64,000 nt of DNA. Origin: Hormoscilla sp. Its GTDB lineage: Bacteria; Cyanobacteriota; Cyanobacteriia; Cyanobacteriales; Desertifilaceae. Below the pieces are notes generated by a model that saw only the letters and a list, made by a program, of their open reading frames with translations, ran no database searches and had not been told where the DNA came from. The stretch is from positions 1 through 64,000 of the forward strand of contig JBFRWI010000208.1 of NCBI GenBank assembly GCA_051439505.1, in the 5' to 3' direction. The translations under genes were made by a program, and so were the position numbers. Below, in pieces: positions 41,171 to 52,184 of the stretch; the first letter of the stretch is position 1, and each line of letters starts with the position of its first letter.

Positions 41171-42763
41171 TTAATCGACCTCAGACTCAGACAAAGTCAA
41201 AGTCAAAGGTAAATTTGGTTCTACAGGTAGAGAAGCAACAGATTCTGTCTGGACGATCGCGGCTTGGAGGAGGGGAGTGCGAGAGATAGAATCATTAGCG
41301 ATAGTAAAGAGGGGGTTAGAAAGAATGCCCCCCAGAGAGGTAGCAATCAAAGACAGCACCAAACCCACTTGTAAAGGTCGCATACCGGGAATATTCCAGC
41401 GCACTTCCGGGTAATTTTTCACCGCCTCGGACATTTCCTGGGGTTCCTTGACCACCATCATCTTGACAACGCGGATGTAATAGTAGATGGAAACCACGCT
41501 AGTAACTAACCCCAGAATCACCAAGGCGTAAAGTCCAGCTTGCCAACCTGCCCAGAACAGGTAAATTTTCCCGAAGAAACCAACCAAAGGCGGTATCCCT
41601 CCCAAGGAAAGCAGACAGATGCTTAACCCCAAAGTCAGCAGCGGGTCTTTTTGATATAAACCGGCATAGGCGCTAATTTGGTCGCTACCCGTCCGCAGGG
41701 AGAAGAGGATCACGCAGGTGAAGCCCCCTAAATTCATGAATAGGTAAACTATCAGGTACAAGACCATGCTGGAATATCCCGCTTGGGTGCCTGCCAGAAA
41801 ACCAATCATCACGAAACCAGCTTGACCGATAGAAGAATAAGCCAATAGTCGCTTCATGCTAGTTTGGGCCAGGGCGACCACGTTACCCAAGACCATGCTG
41901 AGAACCGCCAGGGCCGTAAAGACCAAATGCCATTGTTCCGATACCGGGGGAAAGGCCGTCAGCAGCAGACGGATGGCCAGGGCGAAACCTGCCGCCTTGG
42001 AACCTACCGAGAGGAAGGCCACTACCGGGGTGGGAGACCCTTCGTATACGTCCGGCGTCCATTGGTGGAAGGGGACCGCCGAGATCTTAAAGCCGATACC
42101 GGCGATAACAAACACCAGGGCGATGACTAAACCGATATTAGAACCGCCGCTGCTATCTGCTATCTGGGATGCGATCGCGCCCAGAGTGGTCTCGCCGCCA
42201 GACAAACCGTATAATAAGGAGGTGCCGTAGAGGAAGATAGCGGAACTGGCCGCGCCGATCAGCAGGTATTTCAAAGCCGCTTCATTGGAACGGGGGTCGC
42301 GCTTCAGGTATCCAGTCAGCAGGTAGGAAGAGATACTGAGGGTTTCCAGGGAGACAAAGATCGTCACCAACTCGTCGGCACCGGAGAGAAACATGGCTCC
42401 CAGGGTGGCGGTGAGCAAAATGCTGATAAATTCTCCCAAGGCACTGCCCGTCTCTTCCACGTAGGTAACGGACATTAAAATAGTCACCAGAGCTGACAGG
42501 GCGATGATACCCCGAAAGATTACGCTCAGGGCATCGCCGTTAAAGCTTCCCAGAAAAGCGATCGGGTTTTCCGTATCCCATTGGAAATACAGGGCGACGA
42601 TCGCACCTGCCAGTCCCGCGATCGCGAGATAGGGAGTCCAGCGAGAGGAGGATCTGCCAGCTATGAGGTCCGCCATCAATACCGCCAGGAGAGTTGCGAT
42701 CACGATCATCTCTGGCAAAATCGTCCCAGCGTTGAGCTGGGCAGCAAGTGTAGCAAAATCCAT
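41171..42763 (-). CDS. ndhB: NAD(P)H-quinone oxidoreductase subunit 2
   Basis: [32 protein letters not shown] and [10 protein letters not shown] motifs. Confidence 0.97.
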   Translation of the reverse strand: MDFATLAAQLNAGTILPEMIVIATLLAVLMADLIAGRSSSRWTPYLAIAGLAGAIVALYFQWDTENPIAFLGSFNGDALSVIFRGIIALSALVTILMSVTYVEETGSALGEFISILLTATLGAMFLSGADELVTIFVSLETLSISSYLLTGYLKRDPRSNEAALKYLLIGAASSAIFLYGTSLLYGLSGGETTLGAIASQIADSSGGSNIGLVIALVFVIAGIGFKISAVPFHQWTPDVYEGSPTPVVAFLSVGSKAAGFALAIRLLLTAFPPVSEQWHLVFTALAVLSMVLGNVVALAQTSMKRLLAYSSIGQAGFVMIGFLAGTQAGYSSMVLYLIVYLFMNLGGFTCVILFSLRTGSDQISAYAGLYQKDPLLTLGLSICLLSLGGIPPLVGFFGKIYLFWAGWQAGLYALVILGLVTSVVSIYYYIRVVKMMVVKEPQEMSEAVKNYPEVRWNIPGMRPLQVGLVLSLIATSLGGILSNPLFTIANDSISRTPLLQAAIVQTESVASLPVEPNLPLTLTLSESEVD

Positions 42764-42882
42764 AGGTTCTATGAGTTTTTGTCTATGTTCCGTGGGTCAG
42801 TCAACTTAACATTCCTTATCATATAGGCGATCGGGGATTTTGTGAAGAGTCGCGGCCCAGAAACCGGGTTAGTGAAGTATGG

Positions 42883-43092
42883 TTATACCCTTAACTCCGG
42901 TCGAGACGGATGTTCTGGGTTTGGCAATAATCCCTGTCCCTGACAGTCTACATGCAGATCCGTCTTCCCCAAAATAGTTTGTCCAATAAGTACAATGTCC
43001 CCTAACACCAGGGCCTCTTGCAGAGTCGATCGCCCCAGGATCTCCACTTCTACTGCTTCTGTTTCTCCTTCCCAGATGAGAGGCGATCGCAT
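42883..43092 (-). pseudogene. C-terminal fragment of a clan AA aspartic protease-like protein
   Basis: EALVLGDIVLIGQTILGKTDLHVDC..LLPNPEHP; the N-terminal catalytic part is absent. Confidence 0.55.
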
Positions 43093-43191
43093 CTTCTCTA
43101 TTTTAAGTTAAATCTGTGTTGCCTACATTCTGGTGGGCGATGCCCACCCTACATCTAACTGTGTCGCCAACCTTCTGGTGGGCGATGCACA

Positions 43192-45125
43192 CTAACTCTG
43201 CACCGAAAACTCATCTGGGTCAATGTCCCAATTCACCCATTTTATCGCATCCCTCGCCGATCTTATATTAGGCGGGACTCGTATTGCATGAATATATCCC
43301 GTGCTGGGGCAAGTCATCTTTAACAGATGCATTCGTTCCCAATCTAAATTAGCGTTTATTCTCAATAACTCGTATTCTTGCCAAGTATCTAATGAAGTTG
43401 CTTTCAACTCCTGGCAAATGCGATCGTAACCTATTCCTTGAATTAACACTCGCCTCAGTTCCGCGTTCTCCTCTGATAATAGCCATTCTGCACGCCACTG
43501 TTCGGGATGCACCTGACCGTATGCTGCTGGTAATCTTACCCCATGATGGGCATAGACCCTGGACCCATCTGCAAATTCTATAGCAGGTTCTCCTTCTGCA
43601 TGGATGCGTTGTTCGTTTTCCAAGCGGATAACCCGAGGCCGATCGCACACCCAACAAACATTTCTAAAAGGAAAAATACAGCCACTATTTTTAGCCAGAG
43701 CTTTATACAATTCCCATACTTTTTGATTGTGAACGCAATTTAATACCTCAACACAGAAGTCTATATAACTTACATTTACCTTAACTATGTTACTCAAGCG
43801 CAAATCTTCATTCATACTTATAATTCTTTCCAGTCCTCGGTTAACAAAAACAAATAAGCTCCTATCTAGTCTTTCTCTTATACTTAAGTCTATTTGCATG
43901 GTGATTAATTGCAAAAGGATTTCTCTTATTTCTTTATTGAATACTCGGATAAAAAAATATTACTAGAAATATTTCTCTCCAATTCTCGCCTGCTTTTCTG
44001 TTCTGTCCAAGCTTGTTCCCAGCTATCACAAAAAATTATCTCTGGTTCTTGGTAGCCAAGAATATCGTATATTCCTTTTACCGCATCAGCAGCTAATGGG
44101 CGATCGATGGGATCTGTACACATAGCTATGCGGGTCCATTTTTCCCGATATACAGGAATTAGCGACTTTTCCTTACGAGTAAGTTTATTAATAAAGACCG
44201 GTCTTACGTTTTGCAATTTATTTTTACTAATGTCAAGCATAATAAGCTTACTCAGGTTCCCTATTTCTGGCGGCAATATCCTTAGTTGATTCCCACTGAC
44301 ATTGATCTGGCTTATTTCACTCATTTTTTCTATTTTTAATGGCAAACTTTCTAGTTGATTTTCTTGTAAATAAAGACCAGTAAGTTGGCTCAGTTCTACA
44401 ATTTCTGGCGGCAAGCTCTTTAATTTATTTTTACTAACGTCAAGCATAGTAAGCTTACTCAGTTTACCTATTTCTGGCGGCAATATCCTGAGTTGATTTT
44501 CACTGACATTCAGCCGGCTCATTTCACTCAGATTGTCAATTTTGAATGGCAAACTTTCCAGTTGATTTTCTTTTAAGTAAAGACCAGTAAGTTGGCTCAG
44601 TTCTACAATTTCTGGCGGCAAGCTCTTTAGTTGATTGCCAGTGAGGTAAAGTTGTGTAAGGTTAGTCAGTTTTCCTATCTCCCGGGGCAAGCTCTTTAAT
44701 TGAGTGCGACTCAGCACAAGCATTTTCAGGTTACTCAGTTGCATTATCTCCGGCGGCAAGCTGCTGAGTTGATTGCCACCGATGTCAAGCACTTGTAGGT
44801 TACTCAGTTGTACGATCGCCGGCGGCAAGCTGGTTAATTTATTTTCACTGATGTCCAGTTGAGTGAGGTTACTCAGTTGCACTATCTGGTGCGGCAAGCT
44901 GCTTAATTTATTTTCACGGACTTTCAGCTTTGTCAGCTTACTCAATTGTCCAATCTCTGGTGGTAGGCTCGTCAGTTGATTGCGACCGAGATGCAGCTCA
45001 GTGAGGTTAGTCAGTTTCCCTATTTCTGGGAGCAATCTCCTTATTCCCTCACTGCTGAGGTCCAGCTTGGTTTTCTTCTCTCTCGCGGCCCGTTCAATTA
45101 CTTCCAACAGTTCCTCGTTCGTCAT
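43192..45125 (-). pseudogene. LRR-DUF6745-like fusion gene split by a frameshift in a T7 tract
   Basis: ORF 43926-45125 (LRRs plus LIPVYREKW..IIFCDS) and ORF 43192-43914 (CWVCDRP..HAEGEPAIEFADG..CPSTGYIHAIRVPP) join if the A7 run at 43951-43957 is A8 or A5. Confidence 0.75.
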
Positions 45126-45148
45126 TTGCTTACCTCCCCCTACTGTAC

Positions 45149-46603
45149 CTAACTCTGTACCGAAAACTCATCTGGGTCAATTTCCCAGTTCACCCATCTT
45201 ATCGCCTCCCTTGCTGATTCGACATCCGGGGGAACTCGGAGAGCATGAATATATTTTGTACTCGGGCAAGTCATCTTTAACAGATAAATTTGCTCCACAT
45301 CCACATCCCCATCTATTCTTAACAACTGATATTCTCGCCAAGTATCCAATTCTTTTGCTTGCAACTCCTGGCAAATTCTGCCGTAACCGATTTCCTGAAT
45401 TAGCAAGCGCCTGACTTCTGCATTCTTCTCCGATAATAGCCATTCGGCACGCCATCTGGATGGATGGCATTCTCGGTATTTTTTTGTTAACAGCACTCCA
45501 TTGACAACAATCATGAGGTCATGCAACTGTCGTACTTCTGATGGCAAGCTCATTAATGTCTCTCTATTAATTACCAGCTCTCTGAGATTAGTCATTTTTT
45601 TAATCTCTGGTGGTAATTTTGTCAAGGGATTGCCAATACAGTTGAACTCTTTTAGTTTATGCAATCTCCCTATTTCTGCTGGTAATTTTTCTATCTGATT
45701 TCTCGCAATATTCAACCTCTCAATGTTAATTAATTTCCCTATCTCTGGCGGCAAATTATTTAATTTGTTTCCATCAACATCAAGGTCATTAATTGATTTT
45801 ATATTACCCATCTCTGCTGGCAAACTATTTAAATTATTAAAAGCAATATTGAGAACGGTTAGGTTCGGCAATTGGCAAATCCCTAGCGGCAACATAGTAA
45901 ATTTATTTAGTCCGAGGTACAGGTTGCTCAGATAGGTCAATTTCCCAAGCTCAACCGGCAAGCTAGTCAGTCTATTTATATGCAAATAAAGCCGGACAAG
46001 AGATGATAAATTTCCGATTTCTGGCGGCAAACTTTCCAGTCTATTTTCCTGAAGTTCGAGGGTTGTCAGAGCAGTCAAATTCCCTATTTCTGGCGGCAAA
46101 CCTTTCAGTCCATTGTCCCCTAGTCTTAGCTCCATCAGAGCAGTCAATTCTCCGATTTCTGGCGGCAAGCTTCTCAGTCCGGTTCTCGTAATTATTAGCC
46201 TCTTAAGATTTCGCAATTGTCCGATTTCTGGCGGCAAGCTTCTTATTCTATTATTCCAGATGTTCAGCTCTCTTAGGTGAGTCAGTTGACAAATTACTGG
46301 TGGCAAGCTTCTGAATGGATTATTACTGAGGTCAACCCGCTTCAGGTTAGTCAGTTTCTCCATTGTTGGAGGTAAGCTCGTTAATTGATTGCCACTGATG
46401 TCAAGCTCAGTCAGGTTAGTCAGGTTGCCTATTTCTGCTGGCAAGCTCGTCAGATCGTTCCTCGCCATATTTAGCATAGTCAGATCCCGAAGTTGTCCGA
46501 TTTCTGGCGGCAATCTCCTGATTTTTTGGCTGCTGAGGTCCAACTTTGTTACCTTCTCTCTCGCGGCCCGTTCAATTACTTGCAGCAGTTCCTCGTTCGT
46601 CAT
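45149..46603 (-). CDS. Leucine-rich repeat protein with C-terminal DUF6745-like domain
   Basis: ~14 23-aa LxxLPPEIGxLxxL repeats; WRAEWLLSEKNAEVRR..MTCPSTKYIHALRVPP..AIRWVNW. Confidence 0.88.
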   Translation of the reverse strand: MTNEELLQVIERAAREKVTKLDLSSQKIRRLPPEIGQLRDLTMLNMARNDLTSLPAEIGNLTNLTELDISGNQLTSLPPTMEKLTNLKRVDLSNNPFRSLPPVICQLTHLRELNIWNNRIRSLPPEIGQLRNLKRLIITRTGLRSLPPEIGELTALMELRLGDNGLKGLPPEIGNLTALTTLELQENRLESLPPEIGNLSSLVRLYLHINRLTSLPVELGKLTYLSNLYLGLNKFTMLPLGICQLPNLTVLNIAFNNLNSLPAEMGNIKSINDLDVDGNKLNNLPPEIGKLINIERLNIARNQIEKLPAEIGRLHKLKEFNCIGNPLTKLPPEIKKMTNLRELVINRETLMSLPSEVRQLHDLMIVVNGVLLTKKYRECHPSRWRAEWLLSEKNAEVRRLLIQEIGYGRICQELQAKELDTWREYQLLRIDGDVDVEQIYLLKMTCPSTKYIHALRVPPDVESAREAIRWVNWEIDPDEFSVQS

Positions 46604-47050
46604 TTGCTTACCTCCCCTGGCGCTTTCACTTCAATCAGAGGATTCTTTTGCCGTCTTTCTTGCCACTCTAACACTTGCACTATTCCCTCCATATCCTCAA
46701 CTCAGATCTCGGGAAACTCTCCTTCCCGATCGCCATCCCTCTCCTTCTGACTTTGCTGCTCCATATTTCCTTAGTCAAGATCTCCCCAACTATTGGGCAT
46801 CCGCTCTCGGACTCCTCACATTCTCACAATAAATTAGCTTCGTAAGGACTGTCGATGCTGCTGCCTGTAGGATTTTTCGTGACATCAAATCCTGCCAATA
46901 GCAACAAGAGCCTGCATGTTGCCTCTGCTAGTTAGCAGATAGAGCCGCCTCCAGAGCGATCGCCCCGGAGGACTATAATTAGCTAAAAGATGCGGCAGCG
47001 CCACCGTGCTGCCAGCGATACCGGGAGCCTCAATAAAGTCATGGACCACC

Positions 47051-47347
47051 CTAGTCGGCCACATATCGCCATCCCTGGGGTTCGTATTCGCGCTGAATGC
47101 GGACCATCCAGTCCCCTTGAGGAATTTCAATCGCGTGATGTTCTTCGTGGGTTAGCATTGCCGTTTCAGAAAAGACACGGAGATAAAGAGTGCCATCCTT
47201 TTCGTACAACTCAGCCTGTCCGTCGCTGATCCGGTGAGAATGTCCAGTCACTTCCCCTTCTGCTAGAGTCAAGTGGGACAGCTTATCTCCAACGATCTTC
47301 TCTTTGGTAGAGAGCAAAAGCACATCGCCTTGTCGAATCGGTTGCAT
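47051..47347 (-). CDS. Conserved 'RQGDV' small protein (His-rich, beta-rich)
   Basis: IRQGDV..LAEGEVTGHSH..LTHEEH..RIQREYEP..YVAD; strong GGAGG RBS. Confidence 0.85.
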   Translation of the reverse strand: MQPIRQGDVLLLSTKEKIVGDKLSHLTLAEGEVTGHSHRISDGQAELYEKDGTLYLRVFSETAMLTHEEHHAIEIPQGDWMVRIQREYEPQGWRYVAD

Positions 47348-47804
47348 GAGTTATCCTCCAAATATTATCTGACTGCTGTCTCATTTGGCCGCGCCTCAGA
47401 GAGTACGGGGCCCGACGAGCGCCGACTCATGCGGCGCGGCATCGCGTTGTCCACCAATATCGGACCATCCCAGAGAGTACCCTCCAACCATTCTAACTTA
47501 ACAATCAAAGGACTGGACTAGAACACTACCCTAGAAAGCTATAGGATCTCATAGCCTCAAGTGGCACAGCCAGTAGAGTAGAGTAGACACCCTCATCCGA
47601 TTGCTACTGGTAGCCCAACCGACAAGCTCCCATCCTCTAAGACATTACCTGTGTCCCAGCTAACCCGACAAGAATACAATATTTATCATCCTCGATCCTT
47701 GTTCCAGGGTGAGGAAAGAGCCAATCACCTCTGAGGCACCTGTTTTGGGACACAGCATCTCCTACTTGACAAACGATACCAAGCTGCTATCTCACCGAAT
47801 CCCC

Positions 47805-50438
47805 ATGTCAACGCTTGTAATTGTCGAATCTCCGACCAAAGCCCGTACCATACGGAACTTCCTGCCCTCTGACTATCATGTAGAGGCATCAATGGGTCAC
47901 GTGCGCGACCTGCCCTCTTCTGCTGACGAAATTCCCGAAGCTGTTAAAGGAGAAAAATGGGCGCAGCTGGGTGTTAACGTCGAGGCGGACTTTGAGCCAC
48001 TGTATGTTGTCCCCAAAAATAAAAAAAAGGTAGTCACGGAACTGAAAAAAGCCCTCAAGCAGGCTGATGAACTGATTCTGGCAACAGACGAAGACCGCGA
48101 AGGTGAAAGCATCAGCTGGCATCTTCTCTCATTGCTGAAGCCAAAAGTCCCCATTAAGCGAATGGTGTTCCACGAAATCACCCGGGAAGCGATACGTCAA
48201 GCCCTGTCGGACTGCCGGAATATTGACATGCAACTCGTCCACGCTCAAGAAACCAGGCGGATTTTAGACCGACTGGTGGGCTACACCCTGTCTCCCCTGC
48301 TGTGGAAAAAAATTTCCTCGGGATTATCAGCCGGACGGGTACAATCTGTATCCGTCCGGTTACTGGTGTTGCGGGAACGTCAACGGCGAGCCTTCCGCCA
48401 AGGAAGCTACTGGAACCTCAAAGCCATTCTCGATATTGAGCATACCTCTTTTGAGGCGCGATTAGTGACCCTAGCAGGCTCTAAGGTGGCCACGGGCAGC
48501 GATTTTGACCCGGATACCGGACAAATTGCTTCTGGTAGAAATGTCAGACTGTTAAATGAAGCAGATGCCAAAGAACTGCAAGCCCGACTCTCCGGTAAAA
48601 CCTGGAGAGTGTCCTCCGTTGACGAACGACCGGTGACCCGATCGCCCTCACCTCCCTTTACCACCTCAACCCTGCAACAGGAGGCGAACCGGAAGCTGGG
48701 GCTATCCGCCAGAGATACGATGCGGACAGCTCAAAGTCTCTACGAACAGGGCTATATTACCTATATGCGGACGGACTCCGTGCATTTGTCCGGGCAGGCG
48801 ATCGCCGCCGCCCGATCTTGTGTAGAACTTAAGTATGGCCCCGAGTATCTCAGCCCGACACCGCGCCAGTACAAGACCAAAAGCAAAGGCGCCCAAGAAG
48901 CCCACGAAGCCATTCGCCCTGCTGGCAGCAGTTTCCGCACGCCGTCAGAGACTCCTCTGACGGGCCGGGAACAACAGCTATACGACCTGATTTGGAAACG
49001 TACTGTCGCCACCCAAATGGCTGCCGCCAGGATTACTCAAATCATTATACAGATGCAAGTAGAAGCGGCTGGATTCCGATCGACTGGTAAGCGAATTGAT
49101 TTTCCTGGTTTCTTCCGTGCTTACGTAGAAGGTTCTGACGACCCCAATGGGGCTCTGGAAAACACCGAAGTGATTCTGCCACCCTTAAAGGTGGGAGATA
49201 TTCCTAAATGTCGGGAATTAGAGGCCATCGGCCACGAAACTCAGCCTCCCGCCCGTTACACTGAGGCGTCCCTAGTGAAAACTCTGGAAAAAGAAGGCAT
49301 TGGCCGTCCCAGCACCTACGCCAGCATCATCGGCACGATCGTCGATCGGGGCTATGCTCAAATAATCAACAAAGCCCTAGTGCCCACCTTCACGGCCTTT
49401 GCAGTCATCAGTCTACTAGAAACGCATTTTCCGGACCTGGTAGACACCCGCTTTACTTCCCGAATGGAGCGAACTCTAGATGACATCTCCACTGGGGAGG
49501 TGGACTGGCTTCCTTATCTACGAGAATTTTATTGCGGAGAAACCGGTCTGTCCAATCAGGTCAAGGAACAGGAAAGCCAAATTGACCCCAAACTGGCTCG
49601 CACTGTGGAACTGGTGGGCTTAGATGCTAAGGTCTGCATTGGCCGATTTGGCCCTTACATCGAAGTTGATAATGGATCTGGCCTGCTCAAAGCTTCCATT
49701 CCCAAAGACGTGACCCCCGATCGACTCGACTCCGAACAGGTAGAAGCGCTGCTGAAGCAGAAAGCCTCTGAACCGAAGGAACTGGGTCAGCATCCTGAAA
49801 CCGGCGATACGATCTATCTCCTGAATGGCAACTATGGTCCCTACGTGCAGTTGGGTAATGGCGACAGTGAGAAGAAGAAAAAACCCAAGCGATCTTCTCT
49901 ACCTAAAGGCGTCACTCCCGATCTGGTCACCCTGGAAATGGCCGTAGGATTGTTGGCCCTGCCTCGTTTTCTGGGAGCGCACCCAGAAACAGCTGCTAAA
50001 GTCCAAGCTGGTTTGGGACGTTTCGGCCCTTACGTGGTTCACGACCAAGGCAAAGAAGGTAAAGATTATCGTTCGTTAAAGAAAGATGACAATGTCTTGA
50101 CAATTGACCTTCAACGGGCATTGGAGTTACTCGCCGAACCGAAGAAGAGACGTAATGGTAGCCGCAGTCAAAGGAAACCTTTACGAGAGTTGGGTACACA
50201 TCCATCGGATGGAGAACCAGTGAATATCTACGATGGCCGTTACGGTCTTTATGTCAATCATGGCAAAATTAATGTCACTTTAGCAGAGGGGATCGCAGCC
50301 GAGGATGTGACTCTGGATAACGCCTTGGAATTGATCGCAGCCAAGGCAACGACCACTTCAAACTCTCGCAAGTCAAGTAAATCAACCGGGACTAAAAAGA
50401 CCAGCGCCGAGAAGAAAAAGACTAGCGCTAATCAATAG
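47805..50438 (+). CDS. topA: DNA topoisomerase I
   Basis: [35 protein letters not shown] and GIGRPSTY motifs; C-terminal GRFGPY repeats. Confidence 0.98.
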   Translation: MSTLVIVESPTKARTIRNFLPSDYHVEASMGHVRDLPSSADEIPEAVKGEKWAQLGVNVEADFEPLYVVPKNKKKVVTELKKALKQADELILATDEDREGESISWHLLSLLKPKVPIKRMVFHEITREAIRQALSDCRNIDMQLVHAQETRRILDRLVGYTLSPLLWKKISSGLSAGRVQSVSVRLLVLRERQRRAFRQGSYWNLKAILDIEHTSFEARLVTLAGSKVATGSDFDPDTGQIASGRNVRLLNEADAKELQARLSGKTWRVSSVDERPVTRSPSPPFTTSTLQQEANRKLGLSARDTMRTAQSLYEQGYITYMRTDSVHLSGQAIAAARSCVELKYGPEYLSPTPRQYKTKSKGAQEAHEAIRPAGSSFRTPSETPLTGREQQLYDLIWKRTVATQMAAARITQIIIQMQVEAAGFRSTGKRIDFPGFFRAYVEGSDDPNGALENTEVILPPLKVGDIPKCRELEAIGHETQPPARYTEASLVKTLEKEGIGRPSTYASIIGTIVDRGYAQIINKALVPTFTAFAVISLLETHFPDLVDTRFTSRMERTLDDISTGEVDWLPYLREFYCGETGLSNQVKEQESQIDPKLARTVELVGLDAKVCIGRFGPYIEVDNGSGLLKASIPKDVTPDRLDSEQVEALLKQKASEPKELGQHPETGDTIYLLNGNYGPYVQLGNGDSEKKKKPKRSSLPKGVTPDLVTLEMAVGLLALPRFLGAHPETAAKVQAGLGRFGPYVVHDQGKEGKDYRSLKKDDNVLTIDLQRALELLAEPKKRRNGSRSQRKPLRELGTHPSDGEPVNIYDGRYGLYVNHGKINVTLAEGIAAEDVTLDNALELIAAKATTTSNSRKSSKSTGTKKTSAEKKKTSANQ

Positions 50439-50493
50439 TTGGCTAATGGTTAATTGTTGATTGTCAGGCAAGCAGGCAATTAACCATTAGCCA

Positions 50494-51585
50494 TTAGCTA
50501 TTAGCCAAATCAGGAAACACTTCTTTTAAGGCCGGATGAACTAACTGGAAATTTTGGACATTCACACCTTTAGCTAAAGCCGAACTCTTATCCAAAGCTT
50601 TAACACCGTGATTTGCTAGCCTTAAAACATAGGGAAGCGTAGCATTATTGAGGGCCTGGGTCGCCGTCCAAGGGACCGCCCCTGGCATATTGGGAACGCC
50701 GTAGTGGACGACCCCTTCTTCGACGTAAGTCGGGTTAGTATGGGATGTCGATCGCAATGTTTCGACGCACCCGCCTTGGTCCACGGCCACATCGATAATG
50801 ACCGACCCCGGGCGCATCTGCTGCACCAAGCTTCGGGAAACGAGGATGGGTGCGCGACGGGCTAAGATCAAAACTGCACCTATCAGCAGGTCAGCATCTG
50901 GTACGACTGCTTCAATTTGTGCGGAATTACTAAATAGTAATTCCACTCTGGAGCCAAACAGAGTTTCCAGATAGGACAAACGCTCCAGGTTGACATCGAC
51001 GATCTGGACTTGGGCGCCCATACCCACAGCGATCCGGGCCGCTTCTGTGCCGACAACCCCTCCTCCGATAATACAGACTTTAGCCGGTCTGACTCCGGGA
51101 ACTCCCCCCAGGAGCACTCCTCGGCCACCCTGCTGGCGCTCTAGAAATCTGGCTCCGAATTGCACCGATAGCCGTCCGGCGATGATGCTCATCGGAGTCA
51201 ACAGAGGTAATTTTGAGTCGGGTAATTCTACCGTTTCGTAGGCGATCGCTGTCACGCCTTTGGATATGAGATGCTCAGTCAAAGTCTTGTCAGCTGCCAG
51301 ATGCAAGTATGTAAATAACAACTGCTCTTTTTGAAGAAACTTGTATTCTGGTGCTAGGGGTTCTTTCACCTTCACTACCATTTCCCGGTTCCAAGCTGCT
51401 GACGGTGTCTTGACAATTTCAGCACCTACCTGCATGTAGTCTTCATCCGTAAAACCGGCACCGGCACCAGCACCGGTTTCGACAAACAGTTGATGACCAT
51501 TTTCAGTTAGAACTCTAACGCTACTCGGACTCAAGCCTACCCGAAATTCCAGATCCTTAGTTTCTTTGGGGACGCCAATTTCCAT
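50494..51585 (-). CDS. ald: Alanine dehydrogenase
   Basis: IGVPKETK, VKVKEP, FTYLHLAA, DVAVDQGGC and VPNMPGAV motifs. Confidence 0.97.
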   Translation of the reverse strand: MEIGVPKETKDLEFRVGLSPSSVRVLTENGHQLFVETGAGAGAGFTDEDYMQVGAEIVKTPSAAWNREMVVKVKEPLAPEYKFLQKEQLLFTYLHLAADKTLTEHLISKGVTAIAYETVELPDSKLPLLTPMSIIAGRLSVQFGARFLERQQGGRGVLLGGVPGVRPAKVCIIGGGVVGTEAARIAVGMGAQVQIVDVNLERLSYLETLFGSRVELLFSNSAQIEAVVPDADLLIGAVLILARRAPILVSRSLVQQMRPGSVIIDVAVDQGGCVETLRSTSHTNPTYVEEGVVHYGVPNMPGAVPWTATQALNNATLPYVLRLANHGVKALDKSSALAKGVNVQNFQLVHPALKEVFPDLANS

Positions 51586-51745
51586 CTACTACCTCTCGAT
51601 TGACCATTTATATCAATTTTTATCTGTTGGTTCTAGTTTTCTATTACTTGCTATATAGATTTCGTACTTGTACCGCTAGCAAAATCTTGATTGCTAGAGA
51701 ATATGAATAATTGTTACTAAACTATCTTACTCTGTTTACCTTCAC

Positions 51746-51774
51746 TTGACAATAGGTATTTGATATATTACAAT
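51746..51774 (+). promoter_or_regulatory. Sigma70-type promoter of hli
   Basis: TTGACA-17 nt-TACAAT. Confidence 0.65.
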
Positions 51775-51807
51775 GATTGTCAAGTGACACAGCAGCCGAC
51801 TGAAATC

Positions 51808-51978
51808 ATGACTGAACCAGAACCAACCACTACTCCAAAACTAGATGAGCCTAAATTTGGCTTTAATGACTACGCAGAACGCTTAAATGGTCGCGCTGCC
51901 ATGATTGGCTTTGCGATCGCCTTACTGATTGAATTCCTTACAGGGCAAGGGTTGCTGGCTTGGCTTGGCCTCAATTAA
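51808..51978 (+). CDS. High-light inducible protein (HLIP/SCP)
   Basis: FGFNDYAERLNGRAAMIGF motif. Confidence 0.95.
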   Translation: MTEPEPTTTPKLDEPKFGFNDYAERLNGRAAMIGFAIALLIEFLTGQGLLAWLGLN

Positions 51979-52012
51979 CATTCCCTAGAGCGGTGTTATT
52001 CCGACTCTGTCA

Positions 52013-52156
52013 GCAAAAGGCAATTGACTAGCAGGCGTTGCACTCCGTCGGGATCGTCGGGGTTGTCAAAAATGATAATAATAGTCATTTTGAGAAAAAT
52101 AAACGGTCAATTATTGGCTGGGATCATTGACATCCGTGCAACGCCACGCCTTTTGC
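52013..52156. mobile_element. MITE-like element with GGCGTTGCAC/GTGCAACGCC inverted ends
   Basis: Nested inverted repeats GCAAAAGGC/GCCTTTTGC and GGCGTTGCAC/GTGCAACGCC; related ends at 63931-63996. Confidence 0.5.
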
Positions 52157-52184
52157 CCTTGAGGTGGTGTCGGCATGCAGGTGG

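Noticed and set aside
43192..45470. DGR template/variable repeat pair between the two DUF6745-like ends
   Set aside because: Differences involve all bases and both copies are coding; no reverse transcriptase is present
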